Source: a virus
IMG/VR virus record: IMGVR_UViG_3300009104_000002
Coordinates: 1 to 64,000 of that record
DNA: 64,000 nt
Reading direction: 5' to 3' (one strand)
Part shown: positions 18,985-27,785 of the stretch, in pieces
Layout of the letters: each line of letters opens with the position of its first letter
Numbering within the stretch: position 1 is the stretch's first letter
Position numbers and translations under genes: made by a program
Notes under the pieces: model-generated
Database searches by the model: none
What the model was told of the DNA's origin: nothing
What the model saw: only the letters and a program-made list of their open reading frames with translations

Positions 18985-19878
18985 TTATTTATGGAATAAA
19001 GAATTAAATATTTTTTTTACAATTCCGTGGCCCGGATCCGGATAAAATGTCATCCTTCTCCTAAAACGAATAATTTTTAAAACAGGCTTCCACATATCGT
19101 CGCTTATTCTCATCTCCCGCGATAAAAGTTTTAAGCAGGACACTTGTTTGTTTTCAGCAAATTCAAAAACTTCTTGCGGATCTATTCCTAAATTTTTAAG
19201 ATCATTTTCAATTGTTTTTAGGCCGCGTATTTCTAGGGTTATTAATCTCATTTGCCACCAAATAAAAGTTAATTTTTGCCATGGCCCCATCTCTTTTATT
19301 AATTTGGGGAGATATTTTACTCCCAATGCTATATGTCTTGCCTCATCTTTTTCAAAAAGGTCCAATAGATCAACTAATATCGGGTCTACTTTAGATTTTC
19401 TCAAAAATCTAAAAATAGTAATTGCAATCGGCTCCACCATTAAATTCAAACCCAAAATCTTCCGTGCTAGATTTTTAGCGCTAGAAACTTCTTCTAAAAC
19501 TAGCAAAGCGGGCTTAAAAATAGCGGCCGGCTCATAGCCCAATCTTTTCTTTAAATAATCCCTCATCACATAAAAGTGTCGTGCCTCATCGTGAGCCTGA
19601 GATACAGCCGCCATCTTTGCGCCGTAATCTACAAAACAGGCGGACATTTCCGATGAAACGTTCCAAGCAACATACTCCCCCCATAGAATAATACTTAAAA
19701 TATTTTCCAATGAAGAAATATGTTCTGGGTGTATTTCTATATTATCATATTTTTTAAAAAGATTGTCTAGGATTTCCCTACCATCCCAAATCTTTTCTTG
19801 GGCATTGTGATATACTTTTTCTAGTCCTCTTTTGACATCATCTGGATCACCATAATAAAAATCAAAAGGAACAATCAT
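18985..19878 (-). CDS. ferritin-like di-iron carboxylate protein
   Basis: WGEYVA, QAHDEARHF, MVEPIA and EKDEARHI give the E / ExxH / E / ExxH ligand set. Confidence 0.8.
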   Translation of the reverse strand: MIVPFDFYYGDPDDVKRGLEKVYHNAQEKIWDGREILDNLFKKYDNIEIHPEHISSLENILSIILWGEYVAWNVSSEMSACFVDYGAKMAAVSQAHDEARHFYVMRDYLKKRLGYEPAAIFKPALLVLEEVSSAKNLARKILGLNLMVEPIAITIFRFLRKSKVDPILVDLLDLFEKDEARHIALGVKYLPKLIKEMGPWQKLTFIWWQMRLITLEIRGLKTIENDLKNLGIDPQEVFEFAENKQVSCLKLLSREMRISDDMWKPVLKIIRFRRRMTFYPDPGHGIVKKIFNSLFHK

Positions 19879-19881
19879 ATT

Positions 19882-20013
19882 TTATAGAAACCAGCGCCCA
19901 AACATAGCGCCCGAAATCCATACTAGGACAGTAAACCAATATACTTCTGCTGGCGCGCGAAGCATAATAAACTCCTTGCAAAGATCTTTAAAATCTCTTA
20001 TTCTCTGTAACAT
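19882..20013 (-). CDS. 43-aa membrane peptide (MLQRIRDFKDLCKEFIMLRAPAEVYWF...)
   Basis: AAGGAG RBS; manual translation; paralog of the C-terminus of 20659-21012. Confidence 0.7.
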   Translation of the reverse strand: MLQRIRDFKDLCKEFIMLRAPAEVYWFTVLVWISGAMFGRWFL

Positions 20014-20043
20014 ATTAATAGTCTCCTTTATTTTTTTAAATAA

Positions 20044-20655
20044 CTATCTCTTTTTGCAATATCCTCGCAAAAAACTCTGTATACTCTCCGGATCAACGTC
20101 TAATTTTACAACGTGAAGTGCTTCCTGAGTTGAAAGGCGCCCATTCCAAGTCTGTGTAACTTTGTCGACCCAGTCAGGCCCAGGATTTAAAACATCCCTA
20201 AGGGCCCCTATTTGATACCACCCTGCGCCGTTTTGCGATCCACCAACTGCCTCAAGGGTCAAAATCTTATCCGTTTCTGGGCATCGATCAACTACAAAAA
20301 TTGAATGTCCATTCATAGTTTTTGTATTACGAAAAAATTGAACTAGATGCACACCTCTTCCTGGGGCGTCTGTTGCAATCCCCAATTGCTTTGCGGCATA
20401 AGGCCCATAGCCAGGTACCTCACTCATTGTTTTCCCAACCATCCAAGCTTTCAATAAATCGGGAGTAAATGTCAAATTAAAAGCTTTCGCTACCATCCAA
20501 AATGTAAATTTTACACAATTGGTGCTATCCATTCCTATACGCGAAGAATGCATAGGCGCGCCAGGTATTTGTGAGGGAATTTGAGCACCAGACAATTTAT
20601 ATTCTTGGGGAGTCATGTGTGGAAATAAATCAACAAATTTTTGAAAATTTATCAT
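20044..20655 (-). CDS. papain-fold / NlpC-P60-like Cys-His hydrolase (putative)
   Basis: DSTNCVKF (Cys), NGHSIFV (His) and ILTLEA (Glu) in the family order. Confidence 0.5.
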   Translation of the reverse strand: MINFQKFVDLFPHMTPQEYKLSGAQIPSQIPGAPMHSSRIGMDSTNCVKFTFWMVAKAFNLTFTPDLLKAWMVGKTMSEVPGYGPYAAKQLGIATDAPGRGVHLVQFFRNTKTMNGHSIFVVDRCPETDKILTLEAVGGSQNGAGWYQIGALRDVLNPGPDWVDKVTQTWNGRLSTQEALHVVKLDVDPESIQSFLRGYCKKR

Positions 20656-20658
20656 TAT

Positions 20659-21012
20659 TTACAATAACAGACCAACACAAACCCCGGAAGCCCAAATCAT
20701 TCCCACAAAAATATAAACTTCTACTGGTGATTTAAGTGTTGCGAACTCCTTTGTAAGTTCATAAACTTCTTTAATAATGTTAAGCATTGTAACTCCTTTT
20801 CTTCTTTTGTCTTTAGTTATTTGTTTTTCCACTTCATACGTCTTTTTCAAAACGATCAGCGGCTTTCTATACTGTTGTTGGGCCTTTTTGGGATCTTTTT
20901 TTAGAGCCCTTCTCTTTTCCTCCAAAGCTTGTTCCCTTGCTTCGTTGGCTTGTTTTTCAATTATTTTTTTAAGATTGTCGTGAGACAATTTAATTGTTTT
21001 TTTTGTAGGCAT
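20659..21012 (-). CDS. basic protein with C-terminal membrane peptide; internal RBS and ATG at 20787
   Basis: GGAG-N5-ATG gives the 42-aa MLNIIKEVYELTKEFATLKSPVEVYIF... in frame. Confidence 0.65.
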   Translation of the reverse strand: MPTKKTIKLSHDNLKKIIEKQANEAREQALEEKRRALKKDPKKAQQQYRKPLIVLKKTYEVEKQITKDKRRKGVTMLNIIKEVYELTKEFATLKSPVEVYIFVGMIWASGVCVGLLL

Positions 21013-21065
21013 TATATAGACAATTCACTTTTTAAGTACTATAAATAGTATATAGATGATAATAA

Positions 21066-21422
21066 TTAGCGTTTTTTCCAATTACCACTACCGATGGTTA
21101 ACTCATTTCTCAAGAAGCCTGGATCCAATATATACATAAAAACAACCTGCCCATCCGAGAGTTCAATTAATTTACGCCGATAAAATTGAGGGTGCGATTC
21201 TAAAGCGTCAAGATTCATTAAGGTTAAACCGTCTACTTCAAAAACCTCACCAACAATACCGGTATTTCCACCTTCTACTACAGCTGGGAATGCACCTAAA
21301 TCATATAGGGTATATTTTTTAAGAGTGGTAGATCTTCCGAGGTATGTTGACCTTTCAAGAATATAATGATTAAATTCCCCTCTCATTAGGGAACCATATA
21401 CAAATACTTTATATTTTTCCAC
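21066..21422 (-). CDS. gamma-glutamylcyclotransferase (AIG2-like)
   Basis: VFVYGSLMRGEFNH, LYDLGAFPAV, GEVFEV and LDALESHP.YRR motifs. Confidence 0.9.
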   Translation of the reverse strand: MEKYKVFVYGSLMRGEFNHYILERSTYLGRSTTLKKYTLYDLGAFPAVVEGGNTGIVGEVFEVDGLTLMNLDALESHPQFYRRKLIELSDGQVVFMYILDPGFLRNELTIGSGNWKKR

Positions 21423-21425
21423 TTT

Positions 21426-21695
21426 TTATCCTGGAAACTTTAGAATATTGTCTGGAATTAGGACATCCTTTTCAAGAGATTCCCTCTCTTCGAGATCTAG
21501 CTTCATTTCGAGCTGTAAATCCAGAAATTTATCATAAGTCATCAAAATATCTTTTATTAAATTATTTGTTACATCGGAGTCAAATTCGCTCGGAAGATCT
21601 CCTCGATCGACTCTTTCTTCCCAAATTATTAGCGAATGACCCAAGGAGGCAACTACAATATCAATTTCTTTTGGTGTTATTATTAATGGTTTCAT
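21426..21695 (-). CDS. hypothetical protein
   Basis: Downstream of the perfect promoter at 21723. Confidence 0.7.
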   Translation of the reverse strand: MKPLIITPKEIDIVVASLGHSLIIWEERVDRGDLPSEFDSDVTNNLIKDILMTYDKFLDLQLEMKLDLEERESLEKDVLIPDNILKFPG

Positions 21696-21722
21696 TTTAT
21701 CCTATAATTATAGTACTCTTAT

Positions 21723-21751
21723 ATTATAACCGCATATGATTTAGATGTCAA
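21723..21751 (-). promoter_or_regulatory. perfect sigma70 promoter TTGACA-N17-TATAAT
   Basis: attata at 21723-21728 and tgtcaa at 21746-21751. Confidence 0.8.
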
Positions 21752-21778
21752 GTATTATTTATTATTTTTTTTCAACAA

Positions 21779-22405
21779 CTAAGGAGAATATTCCCAAACA
21801 CAGGTAACATTGACATATCCGTGATTTCCACTTGGATCGATGCTTATACCAACTAGATCACCAACAGAGAAGTGGCTACTGCTTGAAAAAGAAAAAGTAG
21901 CAGTCGTATTCTCACTGGCAGTCACGCTAGCAGTCTCCAATGCTGTAGTGGAGATCTCGGCATTACCGTTAGAACCAATGTGTATTCCAACAATTGTTGA
22001 TCCCATACTTGAATCGCTTCTGATGTGTACTGTTTTTAATTTTCCGTTAAACGGTGCAACATGTTGATCCAAATAGTTTGGAGAAGTTTTTTCAGTGGTC
22101 TGATACCAAGGAATATAAATTAAAGCATTTCCAGATTTATGATAACCGTGCTCTGTTGATTGCAGAAAAGTCTGCGTTGTACAAACAGCATCCGATATAT
22201 TCATTATCTTTACTTGCTTTAAATTCCCGGAATCATCCGTCTTACTTACTAAAATACAATCATCACCACTTACACTAACAACTTCGTCCTGTCCGCAAAT
22301 TGAGTCGCTCGCTATTTCACTAGCACCAATGGCGTTCTCGGCAATATCAGAGTCAGTTACGGTACCATCCCTAATCTGGCCTCCGTGAATTTTTGTTCCG
22401 CCCAT
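21779..22405 (-). CDS. virion fibre/decoration-like protein
   Basis: TKIHGGQIRDGTVTDSDIAENAI N-terminus; S/T/G-rich beta C-domain; GGGAGG RBS and late motif. Confidence 0.55.
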   Translation of the reverse strand: MGGTKIHGGQIRDGTVTDSDIAENAIGASEIASDSICGQDEVVSVSGDDCILVSKTDDSGNLKQVKIMNISDAVCTTQTFLQSTEHGYHKSGNALIYIPWYQTTEKTSPNYLDQHVAPFNGKLKTVHIRSDSSMGSTIVGIHIGSNGNAEISTTALETASVTASENTTATFSFSSSSHFSVGDLVGISIDPSGNHGYVNVTCVWEYSP

Positions 22406-22469
22406 ATAAATAAACCTCCCTTGTCTATAAATAGTCTGTTAATATCATGTCAAGACCAAAAAAATAAAA

Positions 22470-22842
22470 TGGTGGAGGTGGCGGGAATCGAACCCGCGTC
22501 CGCAATAATGTCCAGTTCAAGTCATCCACAGGTTTGTCTTGTTTATTTCCGAAACAAGAAAAAATATGCGATGCCCCACCTACCCCTCATCGCCACGGAG
22601 TTCCACCCGACACCGATCGGGGATACCATTTTGATTTTTTATTTTCGCTGGAATCTACCAGTTATTCGCTATTTGGTAACGAGGTCAGCGAAGACCCAGC
22701 AAGCTATGCCGCTAAAGCGACGGCTTGGAAATGATTATTGTTATTGGCAATTATCAAAATTTCAATAAGTTTAAGGTCATTCATTGAAGTCGACCACCTG
22801 CACTATTCGTTTATTTTACCACGTCGAAACCTGAGCACCCCC
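22470..22842 (-). ncRNA. ssrA: tmRNA (transfer-messenger RNA), tag (A)NNNNHFQAVALAA
   Basis: 5' GGGGGTGCTCAGGTTTCGAC; 3' GCGGGTTCGATTCCCGCCACCTCCACCA; 7-bp acceptor stem with G3-U70; ATAATT-GCC resume context and reading frame ANNNNHFQAVALAA-TAG. Confidence 0.97.
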
Positions 22843-22850
22843 GTTAAATG

Positions 22851-23012
22851 TTATCTGGTGGCCACCATTGCTATTAAAATAAGCAATGCGCCAAATCCTA
22901 ATACTATTATAGCAACTCCCGATGCAAATGTCAAGTAATCTTTTAAAGGAATTTTTAATTTTGTTGGTTCTTCTTCTGGTACCTCATCATCTCTTACAAG
23001 TCTTAATGTCAT
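22851..23012 (-). CDS. 53-aa single-TM protein
   Basis: GGAGGT RBS; MTLRLVRDDE...FASGVAIIVLGFGALLILIAMVATR. Confidence 0.65.
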   Translation of the reverse strand: MTLRLVRDDEVPEEEPTKLKIPLKDYLTFASGVAIIVLGFGALLILIAMVATR

Positions 23013-23110
23013 AAATTTATACCTCCATCATACCATAAACAAAAGAGCAGAGAGCCAAGAAGTCCAAGGGCAATTAATAAAAGGATAGGTAATGAGAGGC
23101 CATCAAGCAT
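23009..23110 (-). CDS. 33-aa membrane peptide
   Basis: MLDGLSLPILLLIALGLLGSLLFCLWYDGGINL; ATGA overlap with the next gene. Confidence 0.55.
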   Translation of the reverse strand: MLDGLSLPILLLIALGLLGSLLFCLWYDGGINL

Positions 23111-23114
23111 ATAA

Positions 23115-23954
23115 TCATTTAGACCTTTTCTTTTTTAATCGTCGGCGTTTTCTTTCTTCTAAATTTCCAGGCATTGGTGCGTCTTGGGCATCGCTGGGCA
23201 ACTCGGAGGTTGCTCTCTTGTGTACACACTCTGGACACCACTCGTTTACATGCTTCCCCAGTGAAGAGAGAATAGCAATTGCATTTTTGGCCTCTTCATC
23301 TGCAAATTCGCTTTTGGCATATGCTTCTAGTCTCTTGACATCTCCGAGATTTGGCCAGTGCTGTCGAACAGTTTTCAGAGCATTAACCATTTTTTTATCC
23401 ACCAGCGTTGCTAGTCTTTTGGCTCCAGCATCATAAGCGCCAGGAGGTTGCGCTTTCCCACGCTCGATATCAACCCACTGGGTTGCTTGACTGATCTCTT
23501 CAAGCTCTGATCCCGAGTCATCACCTGCCTCCGCCTCTTTGGCTTGCCTTATCTGATGAGCCGCCGCTTTAACTGCTTCTTCTTTGGAAGAGTTAGTGTT
23601 GTTTTTCAAATATTCAAAAGCGTTATGCATTATAACTGCAATACCACCAGCGCCGACTAGCGGTACCCAAATGGATGTAAATTTCGCCGCAGCCTGCAAA
23701 AGATCTGTTACCTCTTGTGGTCCTATATGCTCAAGTCCTGGCAAGCCAACTTCATTGAGCCCCTCTTCAAATGAATAATCGATATCGGAGGATCCTCTTG
23801 GAACATCCTTATCTTTCTTCTCTTTCTTTTTTCTTTCCTGCTCGTCTTCCCACCTGCGTTGCTCCAGCGGATCATAACTAGGAGCATGAGGCTGTATTCG
23901 ACGGTCCCTATCATTTTCTTTAAGGATTTTAATTAATATTTTTTTCTTCGGCAT
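23115..23954 (-). CDS. hypothetical protein
   Basis: GAGGA RBS; repeated xLEE segments. Confidence 0.75.
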   Translation of the reverse strand: MPKKKILIKILKENDRDRRIQPHAPSYDPLEQRRWEDEQERKKKEKKDKDVPRGSSDIDYSFEEGLNEVGLPGLEHIGPQEVTDLLQAAAKFTSIWVPLVGAGGIAVIMHNAFEYLKNNTNSSKEEAVKAAAHQIRQAKEAEAGDDSGSELEEISQATQWVDIERGKAQPPGAYDAGAKRLATLVDKKMVNALKTVRQHWPNLGDVKRLEAYAKSEFADEEAKNAIAILSSLGKHVNEWCPECVHKRATSELPSDAQDAPMPGNLEERKRRRLKKKRSK

Positions 23955-23998
23955 CTTTAATATTCCTCGCGATCATCCTGATCGTCGCGTTTATTCAT

Positions 23999-24562
23999 TC
24001 ACTCTTCGAGGGGAGGTTCGTCATCCCCTCTGGTACCAATTCCGAGAGCATCTAAAACTTCTTGACTAGTTTTCTCTTCACCCGATTGACCAATCTGCAA
24101 TTCGAAACCATTCTTCCTTGAAGTTTCGGCGAATTGAATTGCATTTTCTAGATTAATCGTTGATAATTTTCCCCACGGAGAAATATCAACAAAATAAATT
24201 TTCCCCCCGTTACCCTCTCCGCAAGCCTCATTGTGCAACCCTTTTCTTCTATCATCATTCCACGATGAATCCGGATCATTATAAGGGTGATCTGGATGAT
24301 CCTTTGGAAGATTCCAGGGCGACTTCTTCTCCTCTTCATCACTTGGAAAATTTCTTTTAAATTTATTTAAAATCTTATCTTCTTCTGTTTCTGGAGGAAG
24401 ATCATCTATTGAAAATTTCCTTTCTCTTTTCTGGCGCTCGATGTCATCCTCTTCTGGATACTTTGGTTCGGCGCCGGAACCTCCCCCGAGCCTCATTTCA
24501 TTCAGAAAATAGCGCGGGTCAATTCTTTTTTTATTTTTTCTTGGCTTTCCCCATCTAGACAT
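23999..24562 (-). CDS. hypothetical protein with RIDPRYFLNE leader
   Basis: Intact ORF, acidic. Confidence 0.75.
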   Translation of the reverse strand: MSRWGKPRKNKKRIDPRYFLNEMRLGGGSGAEPKYPEEDDIERQKRERKFSIDDLPPETEEDKILNKFKRNFPSDEEEKKSPWNLPKDHPDHPYNDPDSSWNDDRRKGLHNEACGEGNGGKIYFVDISPWGKLSTINLENAIQFAETSRKNGFELQIGQSGEEKTSQEVLDALGIGTRGDDEPPLEE

Positions 24563-24917
24563 TTCCCTCTCCTCCTTCTTCCTGCTGGATGCCGCCCATA
24601 TGTTGCTGTGGCATCTGGGAGGGCTGTCGTCCGCGACTCTTTATATCTTGGGCAATTTCTCCAACAATTATTTTTAATCCCTCTAGGGATTGCAAAAGCG
24701 CCCCCTGCATTGATGCGTCACTCAATCTATTAATTGGATCAATCATTTGATCACAAGTTGCCCCAATACTCATTATAAGCTTGTCATCATCACTTCCATT
24801 GATGCTGTCCATCTGATCTTGCATGGTTGCAAGTTGCACAGCATCATTCTTTACTTCTTCGAGGTGACTCATTTCTTCAATAATAATTTTTTTGAGCCAC
24901 TGTTTTGTGATTTTCAT
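24555..24917 (-). CDS. hypothetical protein with MKITKQWLKKIIIEE leader
   Basis: GGAGG RBS and late motif at 24937 place the start at 24917. Confidence 0.75.
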   Translation of the reverse strand: MKITKQWLKKIIIEEMSHLEEVKNDAVQLATMQDQMDSINGSDDDKLIMSIGATCDQMIDPINRLSDASMQGALLQSLEGLKIIVGEIAQDIKSRGRQPSQMPQQHMGGIQQEEGGEGNV

Positions 24918-25008
24918 AGCGCGCGCCTCCGGTACCAATAAATAGTCCCTCCGCAGCCCGAAAACCCGAGATTTTTTTTCGCAAAATTTTTATTAGCTTG
25001 GTAGCCTA

Positions 25009-25230
25009 TTAATAATCTCTTGTGTTTGTACTCAAAAAGTCAATAAGAGCCTTCTCCGCTATAGACTCTTCATTTAGATAAAGTTCTCGCAAAGCAATAT
25101 TAATCATTCCCCTTGCATAATCCATCCAAACTTTCTCATTAAAGTCTTCTTTATTTTTATTTAAGCCATATACTTCGCCTATAAACATAGCTTGAGATAT
25201 GATAAACGCTAATTGAGAATTATTTGCCAT
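25009..25230 (-). CDS. hypothetical protein (start MANNSQ)
   Basis: AAGGAAG RBS. Confidence 0.6.
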   Translation of the reverse strand: MANNSQLAFIISQAMFIGEVYGLNKNKEDFNEKVWMDYARGMINIALRELYLNEESIAEKALIDFLSTNTRDY

Positions 25231-25240
25231 TTTAGCTTCC

Positions 25241-25684
25241 TTATTTATAATAAACTTCGGTTTCGTGATAATCTCCATTGCCCTCTTCATCAAGGGCAAC
25301 AAATCTTATTTTGTAATCAATTCCACACCACATCTTTGTTTGGGTTTCTTCCAACCACGATGACTCCCAATATTTACCATCGTCATTAAAGAGAGGATAA
25401 ATATCAATCGGCTCATCGCCATCAATATTAAAAACCTCAGCGCGGACCTCATATATATCTTCAAATTCGTGATGTGGATAGTGAACCCAGGCATTAAAAT
25501 ACCACACAAAGTCTTCATGTGTGAAATTATAATTACAAGAAACCCTTATGGCCTCAATGGTTGGTCGTTCGCTTGGGTCGATATCAGAATTAAGAATCAA
25601 TGTCTCATGGCACTCGGATGTTGAACACCCAGCAAACGAAAACAGGAGCGCCACAATAAATAAAATTAAATTAATGCTTTTCAT
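25241..25684 (-). CDS. putative lipoprotein
   Basis: MKSINLILFIVALLFSFAGC lipobox; promoter at 25701-25729. Confidence 0.7.
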   Translation of the reverse strand: MKSINLILFIVALLFSFAGCSTSECHETLILNSDIDPSERPTIEAIRVSCNYNFTHEDFVWYFNAWVHYPHHEFEDIYEVRAEVFNIDGDEPIDIYPLFNDDGKYWESSWLEETQTKMWCGIDYKIRFVALDEEGNGDYHETEVYYK

Positions 25685-25700
25685 TTTTTCCTCTATTATA

Positions 25701-25729
25701 AATATAACATATAATAGGGGCTATGTCAA
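25701..25729 (-). promoter_or_regulatory. sigma70 promoter TTGACA-N17-TATATT
   Basis: aatata at 25701-25706 and tgtcaa at 25724-25729. Confidence 0.7.
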
Positions 25730-25884
25730 CTCTTTTCTTTATTTTTATTTGGATAAAAAATTGGATCTAAAATACAATCCGCGATCCAAGATAAGAAAAA
25801 AATCAAATAATGAAGCATTGTTAAAAAAAATGTCAAAAATATAATGAGAAATAATACAAATAAAATAAATGCAATTAAATCCAC
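25726..25884 (-). CDS. 52-aa hydrophobic membrane peptide (GTG start)
   Basis: MDLIAFILFVLFLIIFLTFFLTMLHYLIFFLSW...; fills the gap exactly. Confidence 0.5.
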   Translation of the reverse strand: MDLIAFILFVLFLIIFLTFFLTMLHYLIFFLSWIADCILDPIFYPNKNKEKS

Positions 25885-26798
25885 TATTTTTTATTGTTTA
25901 TTGGATTTTGAAATTTTTGAACCATTTTGTCAATCATTTCTTCAAGTGTCCCTTCTTCGTCGCCAAGAATATCCTTCAACCATTCACTCTCTTCTTCAAC
26001 ACCAAGATCCCCAAATGGGTCTTCTTCCTCTTCATCTTCCCAGTAATCTGCTTCCAGGTCTTCGATCTCGTGTTCAGGAACATCATGTGGGGGAAGCCTT
26101 CTTTTGGGTATAGTTCCTGGCCCATATCCTTCACTCTCTCCGCTAGCTTGGGATACCCATCTGCCCTCTTGTTGTACAAAATTTTTAAAATTTTCCGCCA
26201 ACAATTGAATTTTCTCGTTACTTGAATATTTTTTTGACATTTTTATTTCCTTTAAATCTAAATCGGCGACCATTTTATCTACTTTTCCGGTCACCACGTT
26301 GTGCCGAGCGCGCGTCTGTGCAGCCCTCTCTTTATCTCGCTTTGTGGTGTCTTCGGCACTGGTTTCAACACCATAATAATTGCCACAATTATGGAATCCG
26401 GCTGCATTATCAACAAGGCCAAATTTTTTATCAAAGTGTTTCAAGATCTTTTCGAAGAACGAAACGGGCGGCTTTGGAGCATCTTTTGGGAGAACCCCCT
26501 TTGATATCATATGATTCCTAAGTCTATCTTTAAAAAGGTAATTATGGCCCGGTCCAAGCGCGGCAAAGCATGCACGGTCTCGGCCAATTTGATATTTTTG
26601 CTCGAAATAGTGTCCAGAATACCATTCCGAATTGTCGGGTTGCAACCATTGCTTCTCGCTCATATTTTTAGAATTGTGGATATACATATCTGCTATAGTG
26701 TCCCAAGATAGATAACCATCCCCGTCGCCAACTTCCTCGGGAGCAAATTCAAGAAGCGCGTTCCTCTCCTCCTTGATGATTTTAATTTTGATTGCCAT
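25884..26798 (-). CDS. hypothetical protein with MAIKIKIIKEE leader
   Basis: Long intact ORF with an acidic tail. Confidence 0.75.
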   Translation of the reverse strand: MAIKIKIIKEERNALLEFAPEEVGDGDGYLSWDTIADMYIHNSKNMSEKQWLQPDNSEWYSGHYFEQKYQIGRDRACFAALGPGHNYLFKDRLRNHMISKGVLPKDAPKPPVSFFEKILKHFDKKFGLVDNAAGFHNCGNYYGVETSAEDTTKRDKERAAQTRARHNVVTGKVDKMVADLDLKEIKMSKKYSSNEKIQLLAENFKNFVQQEGRWVSQASGESEGYGPGTIPKRRLPPHDVPEHEIEDLEADYWEDEEEEDPFGDLGVEEESEWLKDILGDEEGTLEEMIDKMVQKFQNPINNKK

Positions 26799-27217
26799 TA
26801 TTTTTTATTCCAAGCATTAAGCGACTGTGCAATACTAACCATAGCAGATTCCAGGGCAAGGTCATTTTTATTCAATCTTTCAAGGCCAACCTCGTCTTTA
26901 AGAGAACTAACAATAGCGATTGTTTGATCTCGTTCACTCTGGAAATCAATATCTTTGAGCGAATTAAAGATCTTATTTGCCGCTGGGACAATATCACGAG
27001 GCATCATTTCTAGGCCAATCATGGCAAAGCGCGCCTCGTCTCCTGGCTGCGGTTCAATAAACTCTTCGTAATCCATATCATCTCGCGATGGGCGCCTCTG
27101 GCCCTTACTCATTATATGTCCCACATTAAATTGTCCCATATCAACGTCATCTGATTCAGACATCTTTTGAAGCTCTTCCTGAATGATTTTTCGTAATTGG
27201 TTTTTTGTAAGTTTCAT
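26798..27217 (-). CDS. hypothetical protein with MKLTKNQLRKIIQEE leader
   Basis: GAGGA RBS and late motif at 27239. Confidence 0.8.
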   Translation of the reverse strand: MKLTKNQLRKIIQEELQKMSESDDVDMGQFNVGHIMSKGQRRPSRDDMDYEEFIEPQPGDEARFAMIGLEMMPRDIVPAANKIFNSLKDIDFQSERDQTIAIVSSLKDEVGLERLNKNDLALESAMVSIAQSLNAWNKK

Positions 27218-27274
27218 GATGGGGATCCTCTTTTCTCTTATAAATAGTCTTATTGAAACGGAAGATCTCGTTTT

Positions 27275-27751
27275 TTATTCTGGGAAATTTTGGATCGCTG
27301 CGTTGAGTCGCTCATAGCGCTCCCTCCCGTTCAGCTTCCAGCCCTTCCAAATGACTCGCAATAACTTATCGTTCCAAGGCCTTCCTTGGCGATTCAGGGT
27401 CTTTTGCTCGTTCAGTTTGTCGCAAACAGCACGATATGAAAGTCCCTTGTTTCGAAACGATTCAATCTTGTGTAGGACCAAAAGTTCAGCCAAATTCTTT
27501 TCTAAATTCCCCTCTTCATCTGCCTTGAATCCATAGGGAACTTTGCCTGTAGTTTTATTTTTCTTGATGAGGGTTTGCATGGCCCCTTTTGTTAATTCCC
27601 CTATATTCATATCTCTTTTTCCATGGACCAGGCCATGGCACACACAACAAAGAGAGATCGTCTTTGTTCCACCCCTGCTTTTAGGGACAATATGATGATC
27701 GTGGATTTCAATCTGATCTTCGGTTTTTTCGCATTCAAAACATTGTTTCAT
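27275..27751 (-). CDS. HNH endonuclease fused to a recombinase-type DNA-binding domain
   Basis: CFEC...HDHHIVPKSRGGT...LCCVCHGLVH; GKVPYGF...GLSYRAVCDKLN...RQGRPW. Confidence 0.85.
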   Translation of the reverse strand: MKQCFECEKTEDQIEIHDHHIVPKSRGGTKTISLCCVCHGLVHGKRDMNIGELTKGAMQTLIKKNKTTGKVPYGFKADEEGNLEKNLAELLVLHKIESFRNKGLSYRAVCDKLNEQKTLNRQGRPWNDKLLRVIWKGWKLNGRERYERLNAAIQNFPE

Positions 27752-27756
27752 ATTTT

Positions 27757-27785
27757 ATTATACCACAAAAGCCAAATTCTGTCAA
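27757..27785 (-). promoter_or_regulatory. perfect sigma70 promoter with TG-extended -10; leaderless start of the HNH gene
   Basis: TTGACA-N17-TATAAT ends 5 nt before the ATG. Confidence 0.75.

Noticed and set aside
22470-22502. Stand-alone tRNA gene
   Set aside because: The T-arm and CCA belong to the tmRNA; the matching 5' acceptor strand is about 370 nt away with a tag ORF in between.
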